A stretch of 64,000 bases of DNA, taken from assembly GCA_963701095.1 (NCBI GenBank), contig OY969564.1, positions 1,312,001 through 1,376,000 on the forward strand, read 5' to 3'. Both the position numbers and the translations under genes were made by a program. The stretch is from an uncultured Methanoregulaceae archaeon. Lineage in GTDB: Archaea; Halobacteriota; Methanomicrobia; Methanomicrobiales; Methanospirillaceae. This document shows positions 51,836 through 62,895 of this stretch, piece by piece (the stretch's first letter is position 1; the number at the start of each line of letters is the position of its first letter). The notes beneath the pieces are model-generated. The model worked only from the letters and a program-made list of their open reading frames with translations. It was not told where the DNA came from and ran no database searches.

Positions 51836-52297
51836 TCACCTCATCTTGTAGAGAAGAGTATTGATCTCTTCACCATAATAGCCAAGCGCTCCACCCTGTA
51901 CAAATGTGCGTTTTGTGGTTTTGTATCCTTTGCGAGGAGGATGGAGCCGGAGTACCGGCTTGAGGCCCGGGATATCACGAAGCCGCGACTCTCCTTTTGC
52001 CAGCGCCTGTGCAAATTCGATGATGCTGCTATAGGTCGAATTGGACTGGATATACTCATCCGTTAAGGGATCGTCACCTATGACACGTCCTCGTGTCTTG
52101 AGCAGGGTTTCCAGGGTAGCTGCATCCACTTCACCATAAGCAACATAATCCTTTACCTTACGGATCATGCCAAGGTTCTCAGGAGTGTCAGCCACGAGCA
52201 CGCAGTGGTTGATATGGTGCAGACGGAGCATCTTTAAAGTGTCTTTAATGTCCCGGCGTGTATTAACCACACCGCGGACCTGCACAACTGCGAACAT
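51836..52297 (-). CDS. rpl30: 50S ribosomal protein uL30
   Basis: DTLKMLRL, KVKDYVAYGE, LRLHPPRKG. Confidence 0.95.
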   Translation of the reverse strand: MFAVVQVRGVVNTRRDIKDTLKMLRLHHINHCVLVADTPENLGMIRKVKDYVAYGEVDAATLETLLKTRGRVIGDDPLTDEYIQSNSTYSSIIEFAQALAKGESRLRDIPGLKPVLRLHPPRKGYKTTKRTFVQGGALGYYGEEINTLLYKMR

Positions 52298-52915
52298 TTA
52301 CTCCGACCTCCCGGTGCGGATCATATTTGTCTCTTTTAACGCATTGAAAGTCGCTTTTGCGAAATTGATTGTAGTGCGTGTCTGACCGCGTGCAAAGGTC
52401 CAGACATCCTTAATCCCGGCAAGTTCGAGCACTTTCTTGCTGATATCACCGGTGACCAGGCCAATACCCTGAGGTGCGGGCTTGAGGGTAACCCGGACAC
52501 TACCGGCATTACCTTCAACCTGCATCGGAATAGAGTGCATCACATTGCAGCCGCATTCCCAGCTACCGCAGCCACGACGAACCTTGACAAGGTTCATCTT
52601 TGCCTTTGTTATCGCTTTCTTGATTGCATCTCCGACCTGGACATCTTTTCCCTGTCCAAAACCGATATATCCGTTCCGGTTACCGACAATCACGACGGCA
52701 CGGAACTGGACACGACGGCCCGAGTCGGTCATCCTCTGCATCATGGCGATATCGAGGACCTCATCTTCGAGATCCGGGAGGAACATATCAACGATCTCGG
52801 GTTCTTTGATTGGCCTGCCGCTTTCAAGGACCTGATCAATGCTTTTGATCTCTCCTGATGCGACCTGCTTGCCAAGACCGGTGACCGGGCGCCATTCTGC
52901 CTTTTCGTATGCCAT
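52298..52915 (-). CDS. rps5: 30S ribosomal protein uS5
   Basis: [29 protein letters not shown]. Confidence 0.97.
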   Translation of the reverse strand: MAYEKAEWRPVTGLGKQVASGEIKSIDQVLESGRPIKEPEIVDMFLPDLEDEVLDIAMMQRMTDSGRRVQFRAVVIVGNRNGYIGFGQGKDVQVGDAIKKAITKAKMNLVKVRRGCGSWECGCNVMHSIPMQVEGNAGSVRVTLKPAPQGIGLVTGDISKKVLELAGIKDVWTFARGQTRTTINFAKATFNALKETNMIRTGRSE

Positions 52916-53439
52916 TTACACCAGCTCCTTTTTTATGGCGGCTGCCACCTGCTCGACATTCTTGACAATATCACCGGCATTTTTGTTGTGAGCCGCGATA
53001 TGTTCTCCTTTGATACGTTCCTCGGAGGGAATGATAGCTTCGCCATACGGGATCTCAAGACCCGCATCAACTGCACCCTTGAGCGCTGCAAAGACCCGCG
53101 CACCCGGGTAGCCCGGTTAAGCCCGATATCGAGTATTGCACGGTCCTGTCCTGCCTTCTTTGCTTTTGCGGCAAAAAGAAGACCTGTCAGGTACGCTGCA
53201 GGAGTGTTTGCTGTTGCTCCCGTATATCCGTACTTTTCGAGTTCAGCGGAATTGGCCGATACCAGCGTCTTGTCCCCTTCCATCTCGGCAATGACCATCT
53301 GCACGATGATGTGTCGGTTTGTCCTGCGCACTACCATACGTGGTGCGTCGGCGACAACAAGCTTCGTCCTCTGGTAATAATCGGTCCTTCCTTCTCTCCT
53401 TCGACGGAAAGCTACGAAATACCGTGATCCGGTCGCCAT
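52916..53439 (-). CDS. rpl18: 50S ribosomal protein uL18; frameshift near 53105
   Basis: [23 protein letters not shown]; one added C restores TPGARVF through to a stop at 52916-52918. Confidence 0.92.
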
Positions 53440-53440
53440 G

Positions 53441-53893
53441 TTACTTCATCCTCCCGGCAATGATCTCCATCTGTGCTTTCATATGTGCGACACTCCGGAA
53501 CTGCCCGCCAGCTGCCTTACGATAAATAACCCGGTAAAGATGCCGGTCAATGGTGCCTGCCTCACGGAGTGCGACAAGCGCCTTTCTAATCGCGCGGATT
53601 TTCTGAATCCATGCCCGCTTGCTTGGAGTCCGCGCACCTTGGGCACCTTTCCTTTTTCCGACACCCTTACGGTGTCCATATGCCCGTTGCGCCGTACGCA
53701 CGCGTGCCCGGCCACGGCTTACGCCTTTTTTCTGGTGCGCCTTAATCGCGCCATCGGTGATAAGACCACGTAGGTCTTCACGGGAAATGGCATTCTCAAT
53801 ATCTGTGAGACGCTCGGGATCGAACCAGACGCGGTTGACTCCGCATTTTAAGATTGATGCGGCGATACGTCTCTGGCTGGCAACATCAGTCAT
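53441..53893 (-). CDS. rpl19e: 50S ribosomal protein eL19
   Basis: [30 protein letters not shown]. Confidence 0.95.
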   Translation of the reverse strand: MTDVASQRRIAASILKCGVNRVWFDPERLTDIENAISREDLRGLITDGAIKAHQKKGVSRGRARVRTAQRAYGHRKGVGKRKGAQGARTPSKRAWIQKIRAIRKALVALREAGTIDRHLYRVIYRKAAGGQFRSVAHMKAQMEIIAGRMK

Positions 53894-54638
53894 TCTTCTT
53901 CACCCCGGACGACGACTTTTTCTTTGCTTTGGCATTTTCTGCCTTTGGTTTTTCCGCTGGTGCTATGGATTTCTTTTCTGCCTTCACCGGTGCAGATTTC
54001 TGGCCAGAAGTCTTTGCTGCGGCCTTCGCTTTTGGTTTTGCAGCTTTCTCTTCCTTTTTTGCCGTTTCCTTATCTGCAGGCTTGGCCTTTAAGCCGGTGG
54101 CTTTCACCGGCTTTTTCTCATCAGCACCTTTCTTTTTGGCAGGTTCTGCCTTTGAGATACTTTTCTTTACCGAGGGCTCTTTCTTCGTTGACTTTGTGTC
54201 CTTCTTGGCCTTCGATGCTTCCTTTTCAGGTTTAGACGGAGTCTCTTCTGTGACTCGTTCTTTGATAACGCGGATATTGAGGATTTTAAATCCTGATGAT
54301 AATGCCTTTTCCTGAAGGATTTTACGCTTGCGATCCCCGAGGCCGGCGGATAACCGGATCGCCTGGGTCTTTGCATCGAGTGTTTCGAGATCTTTTTCCG
54401 TGAATACCAGCACTTCAAAGAACCCGCTGGGATGCATGCCGCGCACCGCTACCGGGCTGCCAAAGCCGGGTTTGGGAAGATTTCCCTTTGCTTTTTTCTG
54501 TTCCCGCTGTTTATTGTGCTGTCCACGGGGCTTTCTCCATGAATCGGAGAGCTGCTTTTTCTTACCAAACCCGTCGCGCTTGAAGACGGCACCCTTCTCT
54601 GTGCGCACACGGATCAGTCGCTTGGTTTCTGTTGTCAT
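53886..54638 (-). CDS. rpl32e: 50S ribosomal protein eL32 with a long Lys/Ala-rich C-terminal extension
   Basis: SWRKPRG.HNKQR, GFGSP..VRGMHPSG, KILN, then about 125 low-complexity residues. Confidence 0.93.
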   Translation of the reverse strand: MTTETKRLIRVRTEKGAVFKRDGFGKKKQLSDSWRKPRGQHNKQREQKKAKGNLPKPGFGSPVAVRGMHPSGFFEVLVFTEKDLETLDAKTQAIRLSAGLGDRKRKILQEKALSSGFKILNIRVIKERVTEETPSKPEKEASKAKKDTKSTKKEPSVKKSISKAEPAKKKGADEKKPVKATGLKAKPADKETAKKEEKAAKPKAKAAAKTSGQKSAPVKAEKKSIAPAEKPKAENAKAKKKSSSGVKKND

Positions 54639-54646
54639 TGCTCAGT

Positions 54647-55171
54647 TCAGCCCCTCTGTACCATATATATGCCGTCTTGGAAAACCCGTGGGTCCCGGTA
54701 ACGGATGTGGGTTGCGTGTTCGATATTTGCCGCAGTGTTTCCGACAAGTTCACGGTCAATACCGGTGAGGACAACCTCATCATTTGCCACCTTAGCGGTG
54801 ACACCATCGGCAATATCGGCATACCGGGCCTTCTTTTCACCAAGGAAATTGGCAATTTCAAGCCGCTGTCCCTGCAACTTGAGCTGAATGGGAAAATGGC
54901 TGTAAACGACCTTCATCCGGTATTCGAATCCTTCGGAGACGCCCCGGCACATATTTTTGGCATGTGCCTCAAACGTCCCGACCATTGCATTAATCTCCTT
55001 TCGACTTGATTCGGTCGAAATCACAAGTTCCTTGCCATCACAGGTAACGCTAACCTGCGGGAACCGGACACTCCGGACCAGCTGGCCTTTCGGACCCGTC
55101 ACTGAGAGCTGCGTTCCCTCAAGCTTTACCTTGACGCCATCGGGAATCTTGACCTTTCTTACGCTTGCCAT
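54647..55171 (-). CDS. rpl6: 50S ribosomal protein uL6
   Basis: GPKG, VYSHFPI, NFLGEK, DPRVFQDGIY. Confidence 0.96.
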   Translation of the reverse strand: MASVRKVKIPDGVKVKLEGTQLSVTGPKGQLVRSVRFPQVSVTCDGKELVISTESSRKEINAMVGTFEAHAKNMCRGVSEGFEYRMKVVYSHFPIQLKLQGQRLEIANFLGEKKARYADIADGVTAKVANDEVVLTGIDRELVGNTAANIEHATHIRYRDPRVFQDGIYMVQRG

Positions 55172-55183
55172 TATGTGCACCCT

Positions 55184-55576
55184 CTAGTAGACGTACCCGA
55201 GCAATTCCCCGCCGACACCTGCGTCGCGTGCCTGTACATGCGACATCACGCCACGTGAAGTTGAAAGGATCACAAGCCCGAAATTCTTGCCGGGAAGGTA
55301 CTGCTTCTCCCAGTATTCCATCTCATCCAGCTGGACCGAGAAACGCGGACAGATTGCCCCGCATTTATTGATCTTACCGGTAAGATGCACCTTGAGCTGG
55401 CCGCCGCGGCCATCCTCTATAAACTCAAACCCGGCGATATAGCCGGCGTCCTGCATGATTCTCAGCATTGCGCCGAGGAGTTTGCTTGCAGGTTCGATAA
55501 TGCACTCGGACTTGCCGGTGTCACCTGCGTTCTTTAACGCACTCATCCCGTCTGCGATAGTGTTTAATCGTGTCAT
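55184..55576 (-). CDS. rps8: 30S ribosomal protein uS8
   Basis: [32 protein letters not shown]. Confidence 0.96.
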   Translation of the reverse strand: MTRLNTIADGMSALKNAGDTGKSECIIEPASKLLGAMLRIMQDAGYIAGFEFIEDGRGGQLKVHLTGKINKCGAICPRFSVQLDEMEYWEKQYLPGKNFGLVILSTSRGVMSHVQARDAGVGGELLGYVY

Positions 55577-55590
55577 GGTGCAGTCACTCC

Positions 55591-55746
55591 TCAGTTCATC
55601 TTCTTAAAGCCCATCTTCTGTGCCCACTCACGGAAGCACTGCCGGCAGAACATGATGTGGTATCGGCGGACAAGCCCCTGCTTGCGACCGCACATCTTGC
55701 ACTCGTTTGCACCGCGACCGTAGATCTTCTTCCTTTCGCCACCCAT
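55591..55746 (-). CDS. rps14: 30S ribosomal protein uS14 (Zn-binding; too short for the ORF track)
   Basis: Manual translation [51 protein letters not shown]. Confidence 0.95.
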   Translation of the reverse strand: MGGERKKIYGRGANECKMCGRKQGLVRRYHIMFCRQCFREWAQKMGFKKMN

Positions 55747-56252
55747 CAGCGCACCTCCACTTCATATTCTTTCCTGAGGAACGCAATGGCATCCTCCTTT
55801 TTCACGCGCTGTTTCCCGGGAAGCTTCTTTTGCTGCATTCTCCGGCGGGTGATCCTGATGCCATTCCTCTCGAGCACGACGTTGACATCCATCCCGAATA
55901 TCCCAATCTGCGGATCATAGGACATGCCGGGGAAATCCGTATGCTCTTCAATACCAAATGAGAAGTTCCCGCTCTTGTCAAACTGGCTCTCAAAGACCGT
56001 CTTATTGACGATGGTTAAGGCAGTCTTGATAAAGTTTTCAGCGGGTTTACCCCTGAGCGTGACTTTGCACCCAATCGGCGCGCCTTTCCTTATGGAGAAC
56101 GCCGGCTGAGTTATCTTCGCAACACTGCGAATCGGGGTCTGATGGGTGATTGTCTTCATGATATTTTCTGCCTTGACAAGTTTTTCACCACTTTCGCCTA
56201 CCCCCATATGTACCACAACCTTGTCGATGTGGATATCGCGCATTGCTGTCAC
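55746..56252 (-). CDS. rpl5: 50S ribosomal protein uL5
   Basis: [39 protein letters not shown]. Confidence 0.97.
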   Translation of the reverse strand: MTAMRDIHIDKVVVHMGVGESGEKLVKAENIMKTITHQTPIRSVAKITQPAFSIRKGAPIGCKVTLRGKPAENFIKTALTIVNKTVFESQFDKSGNFSFGIEEHTDFPGMSYDPQIGIFGMDVNVVLERNGIRITRRRMQQKKLPGKQRVKKEDAIAFLRKEYEVEVR

Positions 56253-56974
56253 TGTTCAAGCCCCCATCCTGCTTTTGAGACGGTCTCTTTTCCGATCATG
56301 TAGACGTAGGGTGTAATAGTATCGAACCTTTCCTTGGTCTTTTCATCCTCAAGGATAACTTTGTTCGGGACGCTGCCTGCCGTCTTTATAATCTCGACAA
56401 TCCGTGCGACCTTACCGGAATGGCGGCCACCGATAATCGTTGCCATGTTTCCGGCTGCGAACGGATAGTGTTCAAGAATCTTGAACCGGTCTTCGGGCTT
56501 GAGAGAGATGACGATGGAGTCGTTAGATTTGAAGGTATTGTCCGCGATGATGTTTGCGCCATACCTGAGATTTAGCTGGACCTTTCCGCCGGTAATTGTC
56601 GTTTTGTTCTGGATTTTAGTAAGCCGCATCTGGGCTGCATCTGCATCGATCTCGACCGTTTTATGCCGGCCTTTGAGATCACGGAGCATCCGGTAGTACT
56701 TGCCGACACGGGGGAGAGCAATTACATCGAATATACCGATACCCATCTTGGGATCTCTGCATGGCCTTCCATTGACGACAACATCCTTCTGTTTGAGGAT
56801 CTGCTTGACCTCTTTCATAGTGCGGGCAAGGCCCTGCTGGTCCCGGAGCCAGACAGCTACCGGCATTGCATTCGCATTGTGCGGGCCAGGCGCCGTTTTT
56901 GCGACGAATTTTGTGGTTTTCTTGGCGATATGCCAAGAATCCGGCGCGTTGAGCCTTTTAAGATGATCTGACAT
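56249..56974 (-). CDS. rps4e: 30S ribosomal protein eS4
   Basis: [21 protein letters not shown]. Confidence 0.95.
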   Translation of the reverse strand: MSDHLKRLNAPDSWHIAKKTTKFVAKTAPGPHNANAMPVAVWLRDQQGLARTMKEVKQILKQKDVVVNGRPCRDPKMGIGIFDVIALPRVGKYYRMLRDLKGRHKTVEIDADAAQMRLTKIQNKTTITGGKVQLNLRYGANIIADNTFKSNDSIVISLKPEDRFKILEHYPFAAGNMATIIGGRHSGKVARIVEIIKTAGSVPNKVILEDEKTKERFDTITPYVYMIGKETVSKAGWGLEQ

Positions 56975-57339
56975 TATTCCTTCTCCCCGAGTTTTTCGAC
57001 ACGGCGCTTGTCATCGAGCTTGAGTTTCGTAATCTCTACTTTGGATGCATCGACCGGGCGGGGGACTTCGGTGCCATCAACCTTGGTGGATGAAACACCG
57101 TGGACGATGATCTTGACATTACGGGTGTCGATTGCATCAACAAGTCCTTCATCGCCAACGTTGTCGCCGCGGGTGACTCTGACTGTGTCGCCTTTGATTA
57201 CCCGCACTGTCTTTTTCGAATACATATCCCTGAGTGCTGCCGAAAGAGGTGCGTTGAGGAATTTGGACTTCATGTGCGAAGGTGCATTGTATCGCGCTTT
57301 TCTCTGTTTGCGCGGCTGTGAACTTTCAATTCTTACCAT
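56974..57339 (-). CDS. rpl24: 50S ribosomal protein uL24
   Basis: SSQPRKQRK...NAP.H, KGDTV.V.RG. Confidence 0.95.
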   Translation of the reverse strand: MVRIESSQPRKQRKARYNAPSHMKSKFLNAPLSAALRDMYSKKTVRVIKGDTVRVTRGDNVGDEGLVDAIDTRNVKIIVHGVSSTKVDGTEVPRPVDASKVEITKLKLDDKRRVEKLGEKE

Positions 57340-57350
57340 ATCAGAACACC

Positions 57351-57748
57351 TCACACAATGATAGTTGCCATAGAGCCAAGCTTCGGGTACCGCTCTGCCA
57401 CTTCACGGGCGACTGGTCCCTTGATCTCAGTTCCTTTTGGTTCGTTCTTTTCGTCAACGACAACAACCGCATTATCGTCAAAAGAGACCCGAAGGCCGTT
57501 AGGCCGGCGCATCTCTTTTTTCTGGCGGATAACTACAGCCCGGACCACTTCTTGCGCATGTCGGGAGTTCCTTTCTTTACCGTAACTGTTGCAATGTCGC
57601 CAAGACCCATCTTGGGCTGACGCCGGCGAACACCATGGTAGCCGAAAACAGAGACGATTTGCACTATGCGTGCCCCGGTATTGTCGGCGCAGGTCAGCTT
57701 GGTTCCCGTCGCAAGAGCCCTTGGGGTCTTGGACTGCTTTGCCTTCAT
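57351..57748 (-). CDS. rpl14: 50S ribosomal protein uL14; frameshift near 57547
   Basis: [17 protein letters not shown], then [20 protein letters not shown]...GPVAREV in another frame. Confidence 0.93.
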
Positions 57749-58071
57749 GGCTGCTGCACCTCGACAACGACATACGTCGTGCTCTTCGATAACGGTCTGC
57801 ACTCAGCGATCTTCACGAGATCCCCCACCTTTGCCTGGATGCAGGGCGGGTTATGGGCATGAAGTTTCGAGATGCGCTTCTCGTATCGGTTGTATTTCCT
57901 GACGTAGTGCAGGTAATCCCTGGCAACTACGACCGTTCCCATCATTTTGTCGCTCACGACCTTACCGGTGATCACCTGGCCGCGCACCGGTAAAGTGCCA
58001 TGGAAGGGACAATTAACGTCCTTACACTCTTCTTTGGGAGCCTGGACGTTCAATCCAATGTTTTGTGCCAT
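57745..58071 (-). CDS. rps17: 30S ribosomal protein uS17
   Basis: [23 protein letters not shown]. Confidence 0.96.
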   Translation of the reverse strand: MAQNIGLNVQAPKEECKDVNCPFHGTLPVRGQVITGKVVSDKMMGTVVVARDYLHYVRKYNRYEKRISKLHAHNPPCIQAKVGDLVKIAECRPLSKSTTYVVVEVQQP

Positions 58072-58089
58072 TATGGTATCCTCTCTTGT

Positions 58090-58356
58090 TTACGCTCGCC
58101 TGAGCCTCTTTTCTGGAGCCAGTATCAGTGCGGAACCATTAATCTCAACAAGTGTCCTGTCGGGAAGATCAATCCGGAATGCAGTCCCTGCTTTTGGGAT
58201 CTTTTTTATTCCGGCCTGCGTCTCTATAACGACTAGATTCCTTGTCTCATCGATAATGCGTCCGCTTACCCCGCGGTGAAACGGGTTTGCAGCTCCAGCT
58301 ACCAGAACGTCAAGACCGATCAGTTCATGCCTTGTAACGTTCTGGCAGGAGATCAT
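58090..58356 (-). CDS. rnp1: RNase P protein component 1 (Rpp29/Pop4)
   Basis: HELIGL.V.V, G.IIDET.N, IPK, PE.R; conserved operon position. Confidence 0.92.
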   Translation of the reverse strand: MISCQNVTRHELIGLDVLVAGAANPFHRGVSGRIIDETRNLVVIETQAGIKKIPKAGTAFRIDLPDRTLVEINGSALILAPEKRLRRA

Positions 58357-58556
58357 ACGCGGCTCCTGCGGGTCTTCTCAGTCATCAGGCGGGCGATGGT
58401 ACGACGAAGTTCCCGGATATGCCCGGGATTTTCAGTCGCACCACCGGCACTGACTTTTCCGTAGTGCTGGACAAGCTCCATCCGGAGTTTTTCCATTTGT
58501 TCCTGCAGTTCGATATCGGTCAGCTGTCCGACATCATGCGCCCGTAAGATTGCCAT
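58353..58556 (-). CDS. rpl29: 50S ribosomal protein uL29
   Basis: MAILR, GGA.ENPG.IRELRRTIAR..T. Confidence 0.95.
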   Translation of the reverse strand: MAILRAHDVGQLTDIELQEQMEKLRMELVQHYGKVSAGGATENPGHIRELRRTIARLMTEKTRRSRV

Positions 58557-58559
58557 ATT

Positions 58560-59252
58560 TTACACCTCATCGGGAATGTTATCATCAGGAAGAGCCGGTT
58601 CATCGGTATCTATGTCACCGATAACAGTGACTGTGGGTTTGGGAACCGGTTTCTTTACCTGTTCGATAATTGCAAAATGGTCGGGCATCTTCGCATCTGC
58701 GGGTACAATCTTTACTTGTACACCGATCACACCAAGTTTCTTGATAGCAATCGCGTAGCCTTTTTCTACGATGGTGTTGCTCGGTTCACCGCAGTGCTTG
58801 ATATAACCTTCAGTAAACTTCTGGGTACGAGCTCGTGCCCCGGTTAACTTGCCGGCGATGACGACTTCACAACCCAATGCACCAGAATCCATGACACGGC
58901 GCATAATACTGGAACCTGCTTTACGGAAGTACCAGCCTCGTTCAAGAGCGTTTGCCAGTCTCTCCGCCATAATCTGGGCGTTGAAACTGGGGTTCTGGAC
59001 CTGCTGAACTTCGATTTGTGGAGATTCAACCCCATAGTTCTGGGCAAGATCCTGTGTCAGCTGGTGGACGAGTTTACCGCCCTTACCTATTACAATTCCC
59101 GGCTTTTCTGCAAAGATCGTAACCTGGGTTCCAAGGGGGGTGCGGGCAATATCCATGCCGCCAAATCCTGCACGCTTGAGCTCTTTTGTCAGGTATTTCT
59201 CTACACGTGCCTTACGGACACCTTCTGATATGAATTTCTTTTCGACGGCCAT
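58560..59252 (-). CDS. rps3: 30S ribosomal protein uS3
   Basis: KH domain PGIVIGKGG, LERGWYFRKAG, GKLTG.RAR. Confidence 0.96.
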   Translation of the reverse strand: MAVEKKFISEGVRKARVEKYLTKELKRAGFGGMDIARTPLGTQVTIFAEKPGIVIGKGGKLVHQLTQDLAQNYGVESPQIEVQQVQNPSFNAQIMAERLANALERGWYFRKAGSSIMRRVMDSGALGCEVVIAGKLTGARARTQKFTEGYIKHCGEPSNTIVEKGYAIAIKKLGVIGVQVKIVPADAKMPDHFAIIEQVKKPVPKPTVTVIGDIDTDEPALPDDNIPDEV

Positions 59253-59253
59253 G

Positions 59254-59718
59254 TTATGCCACTTCCCGAACCACAATCTCGATATTTACGGTTTCACGGA
59301 CTTTGGGAGATGCACGGCCCATCGCACGGGGGAAAAACGCCTTCTGGGCGCGTCCGCGGTTTGCCGAAACATGGATAATCTCCAGGTTCTCTGTGTCAAG
59401 TCCGCTATATTCTGCGTTCTTCTTGATCGATTCAAGAATCCTGATATAGGCTTTAGAGGCCTTGACCGGGTATCGTCCAGCGTCCCAGTTGCCAGGCAGA
59501 CCACGCTTGTGTGCTACGTTCCTGTTAAAGGTCCGGAACGGGATCGCTTTCTTGAGTGCGACGACATCCGCCAGATATGTAAGAGCTTCATCAACCCTCT
59601 GGTGTCGGATGAATGTTGCAATCTCGATCGCGTGCTTGGGAGAGACGGAAAGCTCGTTTGCCTTGCCTCTGGCGATGTTATCGCCTTCAATCTTCTTTGA
59701 ATATGCAATGCGTGCCAT
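59254..59718 (-). CDS. rpl22: 50S ribosomal protein uL22
   Basis: SPKHA.EI, GRYP.KA, PRA.GRA.P. Confidence 0.95.
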   Translation of the reverse strand: MARIAYSKKIEGDNIARGKANELSVSPKHAIEIATFIRHQRVDEALTYLADVVALKKAIPFRTFNRNVAHKRGLPGNWDAGRYPVKASKAYIRILESIKKNAEYSGLDTENLEIIHVSANRGRAQKAFFPRAMGRASPKVRETVNIEIVVREVA

Positions 59719-59723
59719 TTCCA

Positions 59724-60143
59724 TCACTTCAGCGGTACGTATTTACTGCCCCTTGTTGCACCGATACCGGCGGAACCATGGGTAACCCTCTTTCTGGTGA
59801 GTGCAAATTCGCCGAGATAGTGGAAGACTGCTTCTGGCTGGAATTCGACTTTTAAGAACTCCTTACCATTGTAAATCTCGACACTTTTACCAATCATCTC
59901 GGGCATAACGATCATTTCGCGCAGATGGGTCCTGATCTTCTCGTCGCCACTGCGTATCTTCGCAAGTAACGTTTCTTCGCCCCGGTTGAGTCCCCGGTTG
60001 AATTTGCGGCGTGCACGGGCTGGCATCAGAGGAATGAGTTCGCTTAATCCCATCGCTTTGAGCTCGTCGATCTTGTACCCGCGGTAGGTAAACTCCTCAC
60101 GCCGTCTGGGCATTCTCTTCTGAGTCTTTTTTGGTGCTGCCAT
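59724..60143 (-). CDS. rps19: 30S ribosomal protein uS19
   Basis: FTYRG, RTHLREM...PEM.G, HYLGEF, GATR.SKYVPLK. Confidence 0.96.
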   Translation of the reverse strand: MAAPKKTQKRMPRRREEFTYRGYKIDELKAMGLSELIPLMPARARRKFNRGLNRGEETLLAKIRSGDEKIRTHLREMIVMPEMIGKSVEIYNGKEFLKVEFQPEAVFHYLGEFALTRKRVTHGSAGIGATRGSKYVPLK

Positions 60144-60148
60144 ACCAT

Positions 60149-60864
60149 TCACTTCCTGCTCTTACCTGTCTGGCGTGCTGCCACATGTCCGACTGTCCTG
60201 CCTGGAGAGGTACCCGGGCAATGGTTTTTGGACGACCCGTATGCTGGTGGCCACCGCCGCCGAACGGGTGATCGATAACGTTCATTGCGACACCACGGAC
60301 ACGCGGCCAGTTGGACGCGGTGTTCTTCATCTTGTGAGATTTGTTGCCGGCTTTGACAAACGGCTTCTCAACGCGGCCACCACCGGCGACAATGCCAACA
60401 GTTGCACGGCAGCGAGCGTTGAACCATTTGGTCTTGCCGCTCGGCATCCGTACACCCACACGTTCACCGATCTTGTCGACGACAACTGCCTGGACCCCGG
60501 TTGAGCGGACAAATTTGCCACCGTCGTTAGGGCGCGATTCTATGTTGCAGATGTACGAACCAGTCGGAATGCTCTGGAGCGGAAGCGTGTTCCCGTTCTT
60601 GACCTCGACATCCGTTCCCCAAGCGACGGTCTCGTCGATACCCATTCCTTCGGTAACCAGCATGTAGACCTTGGAGCCATCTTCGAGCTTCACAAGAGCA
60701 ATAGGGGCGTTTCTCGCCGGGTCATGCTCTATATCTACGATAATGCCGGTGATCTTCTTTGTACTATCAACGATATGTTTCAATTCAGCCTTATACCGGT
60801 GGGATGGGGCGCGATAGGTCGGGCCTCCCCTGCCCCGGTTCTGTGTAGTAATTCGATGTCCCAT
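60149..60864 (-). CDS. rpl2: 50S ribosomal protein uL2; frameshift near 60216
   Basis: Q.RGRG, DP.R.AP, WPRVRGVAMN..DHPFGGG; one added G restores ARGTSPGRTVGHVAARQTG. Confidence 0.94.
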
Positions 60865-60873
60865 GTTTCCCAC

Positions 60874-61125
60874 CTACATAATGCCAAGCCGGCTCAGGAT
60901 TTCCTCAGCGGCCTTCTCGTTCTCGAAGCTCACAATGGCCTTTTTTTCGCCATGCATGGTCATAATCGTGTGAACGCGCTTTACCTTCTGATCAAACACT
61001 TTCTCAAGCTCGCGTTTGATATCCTTCTTGGTGGCCTTATTACTGACCATAAACTGGAGTTTGTTCTCGTTTTCCAGAAGCACCATGGCTTTTTCTGTAA
61101 CAAACGGGTGTTTTAAGGTAGACAT
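60874..61125 (-). CDS. rpl23: 50S ribosomal protein uL23
   Basis: P.VTEKA, NKLQF.V, KKAIV. Confidence 0.95.
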   Translation of the reverse strand: MSTLKHPFVTEKAMVLLENENKLQFMVSNKATKKDIKRELEKVFDQKVKRVHTIMTMHGEKKAIVSFENEKAAEEILSRLGIM

Positions 61126-61872
61126 TTACCTTCCCTCCAGGCGCACGACAGCACTCTCAGTCCAGACGGTCAGGCGCCCTGCCTGCATCCCCGGAGCGAG
61201 GTGTTCGACATTGAGCTGGTCAACGGTCACGACATCAACACCGGCAAGATTCCGGGCTGCACGGAACTCTGGACCCGAAGTAACAATGAGCAGACTTTTT
61301 CTCTGCTTGTATCTGCGACCACGGAGTTTGCCTTTGCCAGCACGGACCTTGCGGCTGTCCTTTGCTCGTTCGATATCGCTGTATACACCAATATTTGTCA
61401 GGGCGGAGATGACATCCTGTGTCCGGCCGAGAGTCTCGAATTTATCCTCGAAAATCAACGGAACGTTTCCATCAAAGGTGTGGCCCCGGCTGCTTATGAG
61501 ATCCGCACGGATACTTGCTGCAACGGCAGAACGGAATGCCTTTTGTTTCTCTTTTGTATTGATCTCTTTTATCAGGATCTTGGCGGTAACAGGCGGATGT
61601 GCTTCACGCCCGCCTTTTGCCTGCGGGACTTTTGCTGCACGAGACCCGTTCTTGAGACGGGGGACATGCGATGCACCGCGGCCGCTTCCCCAACCTACTG
61701 CCGAAGAACAAATACCTGCAAACGGGTACGATCCATGCGGCTGGCGTCTCGTGCTCTGGAGCGCCATTACTGCCTTTTTGATCAGGTCCGGGCGGTATTC
61801 CTCGGAGAATATAGCCGGGAGTTCGATATCTTTTGTCACTCCGCCTTCAATTGTCTTAACCTGCGCTTTCAT
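61126..61872 (-). CDS. rpl4: 50S ribosomal protein uL4
   Basis: RPDLI..AV, WGSGRG...VPR, GGR.AHPP, RAGKGK.RGRRY, LAPG...GRLT.WT. Confidence 0.97.
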   Translation of the reverse strand: MKAQVKTIEGGVTKDIELPAIFSEEYRPDLIKKAVMALQSTRRQPHGSYPFAGICSSAVGWGSGRGASHVPRLKNGSRAAKVPQAKGGREAHPPVTAKILIKEINTKEKQKAFRSAVAASIRADLISSRGHTFDGNVPLIFEDKFETLGRTQDVISALTNIGVYSDIERAKDSRKVRAGKGKLRGRRYKQRKSLLIVTSGPEFRAARNLAGVDVVTVDQLNVEHLAPGMQAGRLTVWTESAVVRLEGR

Positions 61873-61878
61873 CTCTGA

Positions 61879-62895
61879 TCACCCCTGCTTGCTCTGAACG
61901 CTCACAAACTGGATTGCGGGCGAGCGAACAACATGTTCTCCCTGTCGTATTGCCGGGCGGATACGGATAAGACGCTTTGCCGGGCCTGGTATAGAGCCCT
62001 TGATAACAACGTACGCGTTCCTGAGAACACCATAGTTCAGGAAACCTCCAGCCGGTGTGATCTCTGCGCCGTTCTCACCAATTTTCAAAATACGCTTGTT
62101 GAACTCGGTACGCTGCTGGTACCCCATCTGACCGCTCTGCGGAACTTGCCAGCGGACGTGGTGGGGATTCCAGGGTCCAAGAGTACCAACATGACGCTCT
62201 TTTCCACCAACAGAATGTTTCCTCTTTCGAAGAGTAACACCCCAGCGCTTGACAGGTCCCTGGGTGCCTTTACCGATTGTAATCGCAGTAATATCGGCAT
62301 ATGCACCGGTCTCAATTATATTGTTAAGCCGGAATTCCGTTCCCAGCAGTCCAAGGGCGTACTCGTATTGTTTTGCAATATCGCCACCGGCTATTTTGAT
62401 CTCCATAAGATCGGGCACTTTTTTCGGTACTCCGCTTATGATTGCAGGCTGGGTATATGCAAGCACATAAAGCTCTGCCAGCAGTCCAGCCGCTAGTGCG
62501 TCTGTACATTTCTTCTTTGCCGAAGTACTGTCATAGTTCTTGTGTACCGTTACACGACGGGAGAGCTGCTCGTCCATCGGCTCTGCCCAGATTTCCGTGA
62601 ACGCATGTCTACCGTAGGTATCCTGTGAATAAGCCCGTATAGCGGCCACTTTCATAGTCGGGATTTCGATGATCGTAACCGGGACCATGATCTCCTTACC
62701 TTCTGTCGGGCTGCTCTTGTGGTCATCAACCATGAGAACATGCGTCATCCCCACTTTATAGCCTGCAAAGCCCAACAGCGCGGGTGCGGTACCGTTGCGC
62801 TGTGGCCAGGACTTGTATTTTGGTATGGGGCTCTGTGCACGTTTTCGTGGACTGTATGCCAGTGAGCCTCGGCGTGGTCTGTTTATCTTTGGCAT
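61879..62895 (-). CDS. rpl3: 50S ribosomal protein uL3
   Basis: [43 protein letters not shown]. Confidence 0.98.
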   Translation of the reverse strand: MPKINRPRRGSLAYSPRKRAQSPIPKYKSWPQRNGTAPALLGFAGYKVGMTHVLMVDDHKSSPTEGKEIMVPVTIIEIPTMKVAAIRAYSQDTYGRHAFTEIWAEPMDEQLSRRVTVHKNYDSTSAKKKCTDALAAGLLAELYVLAYTQPAIISGVPKKVPDLMEIKIAGGDIAKQYEYALGLLGTEFRLNNIIETGAYADITAITIGKGTQGPVKRWGVTLRKRKHSVGGKERHVGTLGPWNPHHVRWQVPQSGQMGYQQRTEFNKRILKIGENGAEITPAGGFLNYGVLRNAYVVIKGSIPGPAKRLIRIRPAIRQGEHVVRSPAIQFVSVQSKQG

